From Phoronis australis (Eukaryota > Animalia > Phoronida): 64,000 nucleotides of DNA. Location: the NCBI GenBank assembly GCA_002633005.1, contig NMRA01000584.1:195629-259628 (forward strand). Reading direction: 5' to 3'. The notes below the pieces were generated by a model, which worked only from the letters and a program-made list of their open reading frames with translations, searched no databases and was not told the DNA's origin. Shown here piece after piece: positions 26,301 to 36,931 of this stretch (positions are counted from its first letter, which is position 1; each line of letters opens with the position of its first letter). Both the position numbers and the translations under genes were made by a program.

Positions 26301-29300
26301 TGGCATGTGTCGTGGCCTCATCTTAATTTAAAACGCTATCATTTGCAACCAGTGCGCTTGATCAACACAAACAATGGCACTCTGGCGAAATTGACAGGGT
26401 ACGGCCCGATGCCACATGAAGCGCTTTGAATTAGGAGCAACTTCAAAATTATTACTAACTTAGTTATCATTATTGTTAGTCAGTAGTATCAGTAGCTGCA
26501 ACAATTTTGTTGTTGTGCATTTATACCCTATCTTTAACGGATATGCTGGGGCTGGACATTTTCAGTGGGGGAGGGGTTCGACCGAACCCCCTCCACCCTG
26601 GCTACGGGCCTGGGCTTCACAAATAGAAACTAATAGTTCACGAAATGCATCTCCACCAGGTACCCTGTATTTGAATATACATGCACCGCCAGCTATCGGA
26701 CTACAAGTATTTGCGAAAAACGTCGTCACACGACACAATGACAATCACACGCAGTCAATAAACTAACCTTCGTTTTTGTCCTGTTCATTTACGATAATTA
26801 ACAACGAAGTTTTGATACCAAATGCCACCGCACTTGTTTAAACGTGTTAATTTAGTAAAAAGCTGTCAAACTGCGAAAACATCTAGTTTTAGACACAGAT
26901 GATCACAGGATCGTATACGGAAATAGTGACAACACCGTGTTCAAGTTGAATTTCAGCTATACGGTAGACTGTTTACACGACAGTCACTTAGGTTTCTGTA
27001 TTCTATTATCCTTAGTTGGCAACACTGATTCGAGAACGAAAAACGGGCTGCAGCCAGCCAAGGCCAGTCACCTTGTTGCCTTTCTACGTTTCCTATGCTT
27101 TCGTATTGAAAGATTCCGAGACATGACGCACACACTCTCACATCACTTTCCTTTAAGCCTAGGAGTTTCGAGGAGTATCGCGATTTCATTTCACGCTAAC
27201 CAAATTTCGCCGTATATCTCAAAACTGTCCCACCAAAAATCGAAACAGTCGGAAAGCATGTACTATAAACAAAAACTCGTGCAAATTTTTTAACAAGGAT
27301 GCATAACTCACGAATTCGGATGCCTAACTTTGTTTCGACTTTGATAGCAAATGTAAGTTCTCGGGCGAAACCGCTTTCACAGAAATCTCTAGGCATGCAT
27401 TTACAGTAGCGTCCAAATTTCACACGAGACTGTAAAATTACGACTTTTAAAGATATTCTCACGTGACTTTACGCGCCCGGACATTATGCTTCACACACAG
27501 GAGTTTCTTTCGTTGCTTCGGAGGCCCACTTCGAATCTTTTTTAAAAGATCATAAGAAAACGTGTGAAGAATGCAGGTACCTTAGGTACAATGCTGATGT
27601 CTTCATGTCAACAAAGAGCCAACTAAAACATGAAAGTGATCTCAATCAGCTGTCAGTCACCAAATATCTAATTTTTGGTACAAAGTACATCAAAAATACA
27701 GGTCTCATGTCACATTAGAAGTGACTTCAGAGTTTAGGAAGCGCCTCTGTAGACAGGGCTCAACGTTGGCTTGACCCTCTGATTATGTATCCTTGACCAA
27801 TTGGATGAACATTACGCACGTAAATCAAGTTACGTGCGTAAATAAATTCTTGCTAATGGTGTAAATCAATTATTTAATTAAAGTAACTATTTAATTGACG
27901 TAAATATTTACAGCCGTGAAGTAATTAGTTAGAGGCGTAAATTAATTATTTCCGACGTAAAGTAATTACGTAATTTGCGTGCGTAACGTTCAGCCATTTG
28001 GCCAACGATAATTATAACGCTATGAGCATAATTTCAAGCAACGAGCTGCCAGCTCTTCCCAAGACCAGAAACTCTTTACCATCACAATAAGGGACAAGTC
28101 ATTGAGGTAATTTTTTTAAAAAGTGGCCAAATTTAAAGGCTAGTAGGCTTTCACAGAAGACTAGCTTCAGCATCTTAAAGACGTCAAAAGACAGAACGAA
28201 AAATCAGCGAGGTGTTTTGTTTCCCGTACAAGGGATGTTGAATAAAACAATGTGAAAGACATCCTTGGGACACCATATTGGCAGCCCCTTTTGCTTGCAT
28301 TTTGTCTAAGTAAATTTGATTTGATCACACACAGGCCTAACGTTTGCGCAATGCAACAGGTGGCGTCTACCAACAAGAAGTACTACTCACAAGTTCTCGC
28401 TTACAGACCAAGACGGATGTGCGGGAAACCAGCGTAAGTAACTGTAAAGATCTTTGTTGCATAGTAAGGATTTTCCTTTTCCAATGGTTACTTGTCAATT
28501 TTCCTGGGGCAATTAATAGGACGTCTAACCAGTTGGCTATGGAATTCCAAGCTACCAGTTGTTATAGCGTACGGGTTTTACACGTTAACGCGTGCAGGCT
28601 TGGAATTCTATAGCTGGTTGATTACCATAAACATACTCCTGTTTCTTTTACTTCAGGTATGTTCGCTATCACTGTTGCAATGGTTACGAGTCCATTCTTG
28701 GCATAAAGGGTTGTATGGGAGGTACGTAACAATTATAGATTTTAACTTAAAACGTCAATCAGCTTAGAATTTACAGGAACCCGCTCCTTCGTGCACATAC
28801 AATGTACAAGTACGGTTGAAGACAACACTGGTTTCTACGGATTCTATCTTAAGCCCGAAGAAAAAATCACTCCTGCACAAAGATGAACACCCACATACAT
28901 TTTCAGGGAATCGTTAATGTTCTACAAAACAAATTACCTACAGAAATATTGTTGTTGAAGATACTTTTGCACAAAAGTGGTTTTCTTTAATCAAGAACAG
29001 CGAGTCTAAGTCTATTGTAAAGAATTCAACCTTTATAAGTGAGCCATATTTCACGTGTGGACAGCACAGTTGGAATCTTGACTTGTTCGTCCTTGATTTC
29101 AGTTCAGCCAGTAGCAAACATCGTTGATACGGCGAAACGTGAACACCTTCGGATGTTTCTGAAAGCTTCTGACGCAGTCAATATCACAGACGACCTGAGA
29201 AAAAATGGTGCTTACACAGTATTTGTTCCGGAAAATTCGGCGTTTCAAAGTAGTACCGCAAAGACAAGGTAAAGCGACGACAATCTCAAAACGGAGTCGA

Positions 29301-32300
29301 ATTCAAGAACGTTTTAGTTAGAACTGGTTCTTGTTATGACTTCGTCAAACGTTAGTCCGTATTAACTACCACTCCGGGAAAACCAAAGTTGAAGTCCCCC
29401 AAAATGTAGTCTGGAAAGCGGCAAAAGATTCTTTGGTTGATTTCAGAGGCCCTCAATAAACGTTTATGCCGATACTTTAGGTGACTGCTTAGGTGACTCC
29501 CAGAAGAACCCATGATTAGAAGACGCTACATTATGCCTTGGTGTACTCATCCTAAAGCAGGTATTACTAATATGCAACTGTGCCCAACCGTACATGCAAC
29601 TGGTTTCACAAACTGATCGAACTACGGTCTTTTCAGACGCCAGCTCTTGTCTCCTGACAATTCACTAGTTAAGAATCATTTTGTTCACGGTCGCCGAAAC
29701 ATCAACCAGCTGACCAATGGAGCAAGACTCGAAACACTCTACAACAACAACGCCGGAAGTAGGGACAGGCTAAGGGTGGCGAAATATTCAAATGGTGTAA
29801 GTACACAAACGTCGTTTTGCTACTAAAATTTGTGTCAACATTTAAGCCCAGTATTGCTTAGGGAATCGAGGTATTAACTTGGACTGACATCCTTTTTGCA
29901 TGACGTTCCACTCTGAATACTGCATGTTTCAAAATGAATTAAATATCATTTACCGAACCTAACTCTTTGGCATTTAAGTACTGCAATATAACCTTGGATG
30001 GATGACATTGACCAGTGATGTCATTTGGGGTCTCCGTCTCAAGATTGTTTAGAGTCTGCATAGTGCTCAACTGATTGTCTTGTAGATTGTCACAGTGAAC
30101 TGCGCTCGCATAACGGTGCCGAACCTTCAGGCGTCCAACGGTATGATACACGTGGTCGACAAGGTAAATAGTCGATGCTTCTTGTTACAACCTTCCAAAA
30201 TTTATAGTTTCGTAAAGATTGTTGCTTCATATAAAAAGTCTGGTTTTGTGATCGATATGAATGTATGAATACGCGTCTAAGAACGCCCAAATAAGTACAA
30301 CGTAAGGTAATCTTGGTTGTTTAGGGTCAACGGGATTCAGTTGTTGCCGTCAAATTCAAAAGTGCACACCTAGCTTTACTACGTAAGACATTTTCGTAAA
30401 CTAAGATTTAGGTTCAGAATAACGACATAGAGGACTGGAAAAAGTCACAAGCATTGGCACACGGTATTTAACCTGTACTGACATTCGACATTGTCATTAA
30501 CGTCTTTCTGGAAAAAGATTTCCCGTTAAGAGTTAGAATGACCCACTGCCAACATGTATTTGGTTAACATCCCAGCACGTCATCAAGTTATACCTCGTCA
30601 TTAGGTCCTAGAGCCGTCCTATGACGGGACAATAATGGATTATCTGGAGAATGATGACAGGTTTCAAGACCTGGTGGTGGCCTTGCTTAATACTGGAGTG
30701 GCTGATGGGCTCAGAGATGGGAAGCTGAAGACGTTGTTTGCGCCAACCAACGATGCGTTCCAGGCAATGCCCCAGAAAATCCTGAACAGAGCTTTTCAAA
30801 ACAGCGACATTTTAAGAGGTAGGATGACGTGTTTCAATTTCGGAGGACGCTAAAATAGGAAGGTCTTTTTAAAGACATTTATAGTTAAAAGTGCCTGTAT
30901 CCGTCATCTGTCGCAGTGTGCAGGTGTCTTGCAGTGCCGGATTTTCGATAACATAGCCAAGCTATAGCTTTTTGACCCGAACAAAGCAGGGGCCCGCCCG
31001 TAGAGTAATTCGACCCCACGCGGGCAGGCGGAAAGTTCTAATATCAAAACCGTGAAGTCTGAATCTCTCAGCTCAAGGCACGGTTTATATTTCTAGCCTG
31101 AGAATGTGTTTTAATAGAGTACATGTGGATTTTAATTATCAGCATTTTGAGCGCAAAGTGCGCTCAGTTTTCATCAAAATTAAAATATAGCGTGACAATT
31201 AAACCAACGCCTTGGCCGGGTTTAACAGGTCAATAACAGAATCTAGACCATATGTCCATGGCAATAGAAGTTCCAGATAGCTCACTAAAATCCAACTGTA
31301 ACTGCACCATACGTATCCTTGTTTTCCAATAACCAACCAGTTTTCATCAAAATTAAAATATAGCGTGGGTTCAACAGGTCAATACACGGAGTCTAGACCA
31401 TCTGTCCATGGCAATGAAAGTTCCTAAATAGCTCAATAACCTCCAACTGTAATTGCACCATACACTGTACGTTTAATTTTTCTCCCACAACAGTTAAAGG
31501 TGCACTTCGCTTTGTTTAACTGGCTAAAAACAAAAATAGAACTAGGTCTCAAAAGTGGACTCAGCTTCTTTAATGTCAGCAATCTGTGTCATCATATTCT
31601 TTACCATGCTAGGATTTGATTTACACACCAGCAAGATCATTAGAACAAAACGCTTCAGTGTTTAATGGGGTTGACCACCCTTAAAATTGCAAATTCGAAA
31701 TGACGTAAGTAGGCCTATGCATTACAAATGATTCAATGAGTTGATAACGGTAATGGGATCCTATCAAGGCAATGCATATTTTGAGAAAGATGTTACGAGA
31801 GTAAAATGCCTCATACGACTAAATGAGACGAAATACGTCTCAAGTCAAAGAACGGGTCTACCTGAACGCATTACAGCCGTATAAATCCGATGCCGCTGAA
31901 CCAACGTGACTTGCAGATTACGACTTAAGCATGAAGTCGCACATAAACTGCTGTGCTAGAGTTCATTTGATTCGAATGTGGTATGAGAAAACGTTAATAA
32001 ATGGCTGAACTTTCTATTTATTACAGACATCATGCGCTATCACATCATACCGCATGACATCTGCTCAAGCGCCATCTTCACACCGTGTGGCATAACAACG
32101 CTAGAGGGGAGTAAGCTCAATACAAGCTGTGACGTGACGGACAATCTTGTTATCAATAGAGACAAAGTATCCCAAAAAGACATTCTGACCAATAACGGAG
32201 TGATACATGTGATAGACGCTGTACAGATTCCTGGTGGAGGTTAGTTCTCAACTTTCCTTCATAGTTGCCACGATTGCAGTCTGGCCCCAAATGCGGGCTA

Positions 32301-35300
32301 CGATTTTGTCGACGTATGGCTTACATCCTAATAATGAGCCATCTCCAGTAACAGCGCAAAAAACGCGGCCAACATCTATTTTTAGGGCTACAGCGATCGT
32401 TTGCTGTTTGGAAATTTTGTGGGGTCGTCTAAATCTGCCATTGTTTCTTGTCAGAAAATACGTAACAACAGAAAAAAAGTGTTTATGTCATATACAGACT
32501 GTAGGTCACTTCAAAGAGAGGTGTCAAATACCTGAACTCCCGTAGATGATCATCTTAATAGCCATACACATCGTTTTCCACAAATTCTACTCACAAGTTT
32601 GAATCTAACGGTGGTACCATATCAATGGTTGTAGTTGAGTCCCTGAGTATCGCAATTCCTGGCGTTTTAACTTCCCCAAAGAAATAGATAACCACTTTGC
32701 TTCATACGTTGTGAGAGGAACTTCCAGTATTTTTTTTTTTCAAAATAACAAGAACATTGATGCCCGTCACAGCCGTGTTACGGTAGGTAAAGGCTAATGG
32801 TTGATAATTTGTGATACAGTCAAGGACCTCTACAACGTAGTTGGACAACATCCGAATACAAGGAACTTCTCGACCTTCTTGTCACAGAGTGGACTAGAAG
32901 AGATGCTGATGGCCTTTGACCGTCCCTACACATTGTTTGCACCCACAGACGCAGCATTCGAAGGTAAGGGTCTTTAAGGACGTGAACTCAAAGGCAAGAG
33001 TAGTGTGAGGTAGCGGCACAGCGCGGTTATTGGTGCCATATTCAGGATTTGTTGTCAATGGTGTCATGGAACCTCGTATGCGTTTTATCTTCGTTTCTAA
33101 TTGGCCAACCAATTGTTCACACAGGTACTACGCAAGCACGCCACATGTAATTCGTGTAACCTAATAACTATAACTACAAGTAACACACAGGAATTGGGTC
33201 GGAGATAATTACTCCATTTGTTTTCACTGCAATGACACCAACGGTATCGATTCAAATTTCTCACTGCCTTGGGACGTCGTACTATAGAAACTTCGGACCA
33301 CTGCTTGGCATGGCAGAAATGGTCAACCGATGATACCAGTCTAAAAGCGCAATTGCAAATGCTTCTTTAAAAAGAACCTGGGGGAAAAACAAAAAGATAA
33401 AGCCTTGCGGACCACTTAGGGGAAGTATCAGGGCCGGTGACAACAAAACTACTAGACCAATAACGTCGCGGGAAACTGAACGTTTATTGGAAGTGTGAAT
33501 GCGATTTGTAAATTTTGAAGTAAGTGTCTCAAGTAAAGTTTAGTAGTCATGGACTCTGGTGTTAGAAATTACTCGGAAACGCCATGTGAAAATATAACGA
33601 CCTCATTCTGATTCTTGCAGAACTAACAGGAGGCAACTTGGAGGCCATCAAACACCAGCCAGAGACGCTACGACGCATTCTTAACTACCACTTAGTGGAA
33701 GGAAAGATCACAACATCCGACATGGTGTCCGACATGTTGTTGAAAACATTCCCTCAAGGAGATGGTGATCAACCCACAATAAGAGTAACACTTGGACCTG
33801 GCCAGGTTGGTATCGTAAGACTCATGCATAATTTCACAATCTTGGTAGGAACAGACCACAAGACCAGAATTTTGAATAGTTTTTGGTGTTCATGATTCAG
33901 CTACTTTGTGGTAAAATACATTGTATTTCACTTTCAGACGTACGCAGCTAACAATGGCCGAATTGTGAGCGCTGACCACAAGGCAGGCAATGGAGTACTC
34001 CATGTTGTCGACAAGGTACTACTGCCTCCTGAACAGACTCTTTCTCAGCACGTGCAGCTCAACTCGACATTAAAGTGAGTAACCCTATGCTGTTTGTACA
34101 AAGTGGACACGTCGTGAAGGGCCACCGCAGATCTGAGTTGTCTATCTCGAGTGAACTTCAGCTGAGCTGATAGGTCACGTCAATGCGTGAAATGCAATAA
34201 CTGAATGAGCTTGCCGCCTTGACGTGAGCTCTCGGCTCAGATGTCGTTCACTTGAGGTAGACAGATGAGCTTACCATGTGATTAAGTTTCGTCCCGATAA
34301 TATTCAAATAGTGCTAAAAACAAAGACATGTTAAAACACGATCCTGGGCGTGGTGTATGGTCTGGTGAATTCTTACAACTGTTTTAGCATCGTTGATAGA
34401 ACTTTGTTGAATGCCGTAGAGACCATCACAAACATGAATGTTGCGACAGTTCAGTTGAGATATTAATCATTGTCTAGAAGCTGTTGGGTTGTCGTATCAA
34501 CATAGAAGTGGAGCTGTGAGGTTTGTTATGGTGCTGTTCAAATGTTTTTGGAGCTTCGTCACGCTATGGTGGGCTATAGTAGAGTACTAAGGATGCTCTT
34601 TTAGGATACTATGCCCATGTACACTAAGGTCCTTCTTGAGTCACCTGATGGTGGAGTGTTTGTTGGAGCTTCGCCATGCTATGATGGGCTATTTAAGGAT
34701 GCTCTGTTACGATACCATGTACACTTAGGTCCTTGTTGGGTCATGGTGGAACGTTTGTTGGTCATCACCCGTTCATTTTTGAGAGTCGCGTTCATGCATT
34801 TGATAGATAAGAACGCTGCAAATTGTTCGTGAGACATTTTTGAACAAGCGTTCAGCTAGTCGCTGTAACTTTGTCATGTGGACTCGGGGGCTTCGCAAGT
34901 TTTCCACACAATGACACAGCGACTGCTTGTTCAGAACAGCCTGCTGGCCGATTGTGTTACGGCGTGATAGTGCGCATGCTGTGACAGGGGCGCGCTCTTC
35001 AACGCAATTTTATTACTGAGTTTATTTCGACTGTGCATTGTTGCTAGCGACTTGTTATTTGAAAGCATAACACACCCTGAGCTAGGTATACAAATGACCA
35101 TGCAGTTTTTAATAATCATATTCCGTAAAACATAAGACGTCATTCCATATGCGGCGTGTACATGCATGGCATAAAGCACCGCTCTCATGGTATTACAAAT
35201 TTTCCAGGACATTTTTATCTGTACTTGAAGTATCAGGAATCAACGACAAACTAAACAATATGGGGAACTATACTCTGTTCGCACCAACTGACGATGCATT

Positions 35301-36037
35301 TGAAGCGTTGGAAACAAGCTTTCTGGAAAGTCTCTTCTTCGATCCTGATAAGCTGGAAACGGTAACTTGAAGTAGTCATAGCCGTCTAAACATCCTTCTT
35401 ATCATACTGTAAAGTCTTTTTACTTTTAACAGCCAAAATGTATTCCCAAATGAAGGAGGCAGTGTGACCTAGTAATATAAGTGTAAACTTCCTTTGCTCA
35501 AGGTCGAGGGTTCAAGTCCAACACACAGTGTATATATTTATAAATCATAAAATGTTTGCTGCGCAATGGGCCTATCTGAGCGGCCAAGGCACACTTGGTA
35601 CGTGTACCAGACCCCCTGCCGATATTTTTCTTGTTTCCAAAAGATGCTTTTCCAAACTCCATACCTTTACATGACACAAGAAACTTTCTTGGGGAATCTT
35701 TTGCTAATTTTCAACAACAACATCCCTGTACAACCTGCCTACACTGCAGATAAGTTTTCGATATAGGAATAAATTGTAACTGGAGAACTGATTTGCTGAT
35801 AACCACATTGATCCTCATTTTCAGATACTACGTCACCACATCCTACCACAGACTATATTCGGTTTCAACTTGAGACCACCGCTGTATTATCACTTCACCT
35901 CAGCAGCAGGCAGAAAAGTAAAACTACAGCGACTGACAGACCACACGCTTATAGTCGGCAACGGAAGCGCCTTGCGAGAGGACGTATTCGCCAATAATGG
36001 AAACATGTTCATCATAGACACCGTGTTACAAGTATAG
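14246..36037 (+). CDS. TGFBI: TGFBI/periostin-like secreted fasciclin protein (signal peptide, EMI/CROPT, 4x FAS1), 13 coding exons, about 649 aa
   Basis: join(14246-14367,28335-28433,28657-28721,29103-29268,29637-29796,30086-30163,30605-30818,32027-32239,32820-32963,33621-33805,33938-34074,35208-35361,35825-36037) is 1950 nt and open, with all introns GT-AG and matching phases. EMI motif GPNVCA..CGK..YHCC.GY..KGC. Four FAS1 H1 motifs (T.F.P...AF) and four H2 motifs (NG..H/F..D.V). Probably a pro-ortholog of both TGFBI and POSTN. Confidence 0.92.
14982..15100. repeat. 23-bp minisatellite, 5 copies
   Basis: Unit cacgacgtcatcattacagggaa; the first copy is degenerate. Confidence 0.95.
17673..18177. 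mobile_element. Interspersed repeat family S (about 500 bp)
   Basis: Co-linear with 54297-54784 (ctcagtcttttatc, acactaactt, ttcagccagt, gtacaacaca, gtagagaagc, cagtgaacgg). Confidence 0.7.
18561..19878 (+). mobile_element. Older, diverged HINE related to family A
   Basis: Head gtgggtgcattatgccgtcatc and TCCG microsatellite as at 3655. Repeated tagtggc/cctag boxes. 3' hairpin gcgg-ttggt-ccgc then CTAGT. Confidence 0.6.
20133..20380. mobile_element. Small hAT-like repeat remnant
   Basis: CAGAGG...CCTCTG ends. Parts match 53247-53335 in inverted orientation. Confidence 0.4.
21761..23764. mobile_element. Kolobok-like DNA transposon derivative (TTAA TSD)
   Basis: TTAA-AGGAGAATGCCACCC (21761) ... 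GGGTGGCATGCTCCT-TTAA (23764), a 15-bp TIR with 1 mismatch. It spans the assembly gap. Confidence 0.8.
22441..23309. other. Assembly gap
   Basis: Run of N. Confidence 1.
27794..28004. mobile_element. Palindromic MITE (about 210 bp)
   Basis: tgaccaattggatgaacattacgcacgtaaat is inverted to atttgcgtgcgtaacgttcagccatttggcca. Confidence 0.65.
28335..28433 (+). CDS. TGFBI: TGFBI-like exon 2 (EMI domain)
   Basis: PNVCAMQQVASTNKKYYSQVLAYRPRRMCGKP; acag acceptor and gtaagt donor. Confidence 0.92.
28657..28721 (+). CDS. TGFBI: TGFBI-like exon 3 (EMI domain)
   Basis: YVRYHCCNGYESILGIKGCMG. Confidence 0.92.
29103..29268 (+). CDS. TGFBI: TGFBI-like exon 4 (FAS1-1)
   Basis: VQPVANIVDT...GAYTVFVPENSAF. 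Confidence 0.9.
29637..29796 (+). CDS. TGFBI: TGFBI-like exon 5 (FAS1-1)
   Basis: LVKNHFVHGRRNINQLTNGARLETLY...KYSNG. Confidence 0.88.
30086..30163 (+). CDS. TGFBI: TGFBI-like exon 6 (FAS1-1 H2)
   Basis: IVTVNCARITVPNLQASNGMIHVVDK. Confidence 0.93.
30605..30818 (+). CDS. TGFBI: TGFBI-like exon 7 (FAS1-2)
   Basis: VLEPSYDGTIMDYL...KTLFAPTNDAFQAMP. Confidence 0.93.
31165..31465. repeat. Two-copy tandem duplication (about 150-170 bp) in intron 7
   Basis: cagttttcatcaaaattaaaatatagcgtg...tctagacca...gcaccatac occurs twice. Confidence 0.75.
32027..32239 (+). CDS. TGFBI: TGFBI-like exon 8 (FAS1-2)
   Basis: DIMRYHIIPHDICSSAI...TTLEG...DILTNNGVIHVIDAVQIP. Confidence 0.93.
32820..32963 (+). CDS. 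TGFBI: TGFBI-like exon 9 (FAS1-3)
   Basis: VKDLYNVVG...SGLEEML..RPYTLFAPTDAAFE. Confidence 0.92.
33621..33805 (+). CDS. TGFBI: TGFBI-like exon 10 (FAS1-3)
   Basis: LRRILNYHLVEGKITTSDM. Confidence 0.92.
33938..34074 (+). CDS. TGFBI: TGFBI-like exon 11 (FAS1-3 H2)
   Basis: TYAANNGRIVSADHKAGNGVLHVVDKVLLPPEQTL. Confidence 0.93.
34130..34271. mobile_element. Short palindromic MITE in intron 11
   Basis: tgtctatctcgagtgaac..ctgagc..tcacgtcaa is inverted to ttgacgtga..gctcag..gttcacttgaggtagaca. Confidence 0.6.
35208..35361 (+). CDS. TGFBI: TGFBI-like exon 12 (FAS1-4)
   Basis: TFLSVLEVSGINDKLNNMGNYTLFAPTDDAFEAL. Confidence 0.93.
35455..35525 (+). mobile_element. tRNA-derived SINE head (fragment)
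   Basis: ggaggcagtgtgacctagt..cttccttt..aggtcgagggttcaagtcc; same family as 45818-45932 and 46684-46800. Confidence 0.6.
35825..36037 (+). CDS. TGFBI: TGFBI-like exon 13 (FAS1-4, stop)
   Basis: ILRHHILPQ...EDVFANNGNMFIIDTVLQV* with TAG at 36035-36037. Confidence 0.9.
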   Translation: MLRHHILPQTIFGFNLRPPLYYHFTSAAGRKVKLQRLTDHTLIVGNGSALREDVFANNGNMFIIDTVLQV

Positions 36038-36666
36038 GATCCCCGGCCAAAATTTTAGATTAAATTGCAGAAATCTGACACCAGGGTGGAGTTTCGTAGA
36101 CGCAAGAATCTCGCCAAAGAAGCTAATGTGACCAGGTGTTTCACTTGTAATGCATGACCATATTTCGCGAAGTCACGCGTGGTCTTGCGTTTCCACGAGG
36201 TTCTCACTTCTACAAAACGCAAGCCTCTTCCGTAAGTCAAGCGTGATCACGCGCTCCATTTCTAATGCAAGGCGACATTTTGCGTGATCTCGTCAAAATC
36301 ACAAGACACTAGCCTTGCAGAACCCAGTCGTTTGCATGGCAAACTGACAGTCTTTTCGAGACAGCTCCGCGAGCGGTCATGACCAAAAGTCAAATAGAGC
36401 GCCACAGGTACATATTATCCTCACTTTGCAGAAGGTGGAGGGTGAAAATGCACCTGGGGTCAAACGTTTCTTCCAATCTGCCACTTATCACCACCGCAGC
36501 AGGTGCTAAACTGTTGTCTACCACCCTGCTTGATTAGTAATGTCTAATAAGGTAGAGTCGACTCAAAACGAGGATAAGACTCTTTTTAATTGATGATCAC
36601 TTTCTTCTGTTTAATTATGCATGTCTCCACTTCTGGGAGAGGAACTAGCTGCTACTTGTCAAACAA

Positions 36667-36672
36667 AATAAA
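36667..36672 (+). terminator. Candidate polyadenylation signal of the TGFBI-like gene
   Basis: First AATAAA I found downstream of the stop codon. Confidence 0.45.
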
Positions 36673-36793
36673 ACAGATTACAAATGTAAAAATCTATTTT
36701 TTATAACTTAGTAATACATTTCAAAAATATCGCAAAAGTACAGTGTATGACCATTCATTCACCTGCAACAACTTAAGTGGAGCTTACATCATG

Positions 36794-36931
36794 TCAAAAT
36801 ATGAAGCGAGGTGAATCCAGAGAATTATTGAAGTGACCTCCGCAGCTACTGGGAGGGTCGTCGTCGCTAGAGTCATCCCGACGACGTGTAATGGTTTTCG
36901 CGCGAGATTTTCGTATCATGGCTTGGAGTTC
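36794..36931 (-). CDS. USP38: USP38-like last exon
   Basis: ELQAMIRK...DDDPPSSCGGHFNNSLDSPRFIF*; acceptor ttctgttttgcag. An alternative in-frame acceptor would start the exon at 37006. Confidence 0.85.
   Translation of the reverse strand, partial: ELQAMIRKSRAKTITRRRDDSSDDDPPSSCGGHFNNSLDSPRFIF

Noticed and set aside
34545-34740. 73-aa ORF in intron 11
   Set aside because: It overlaps a local duplication of about 115 bp, and the FAS1 frame is complete without it.
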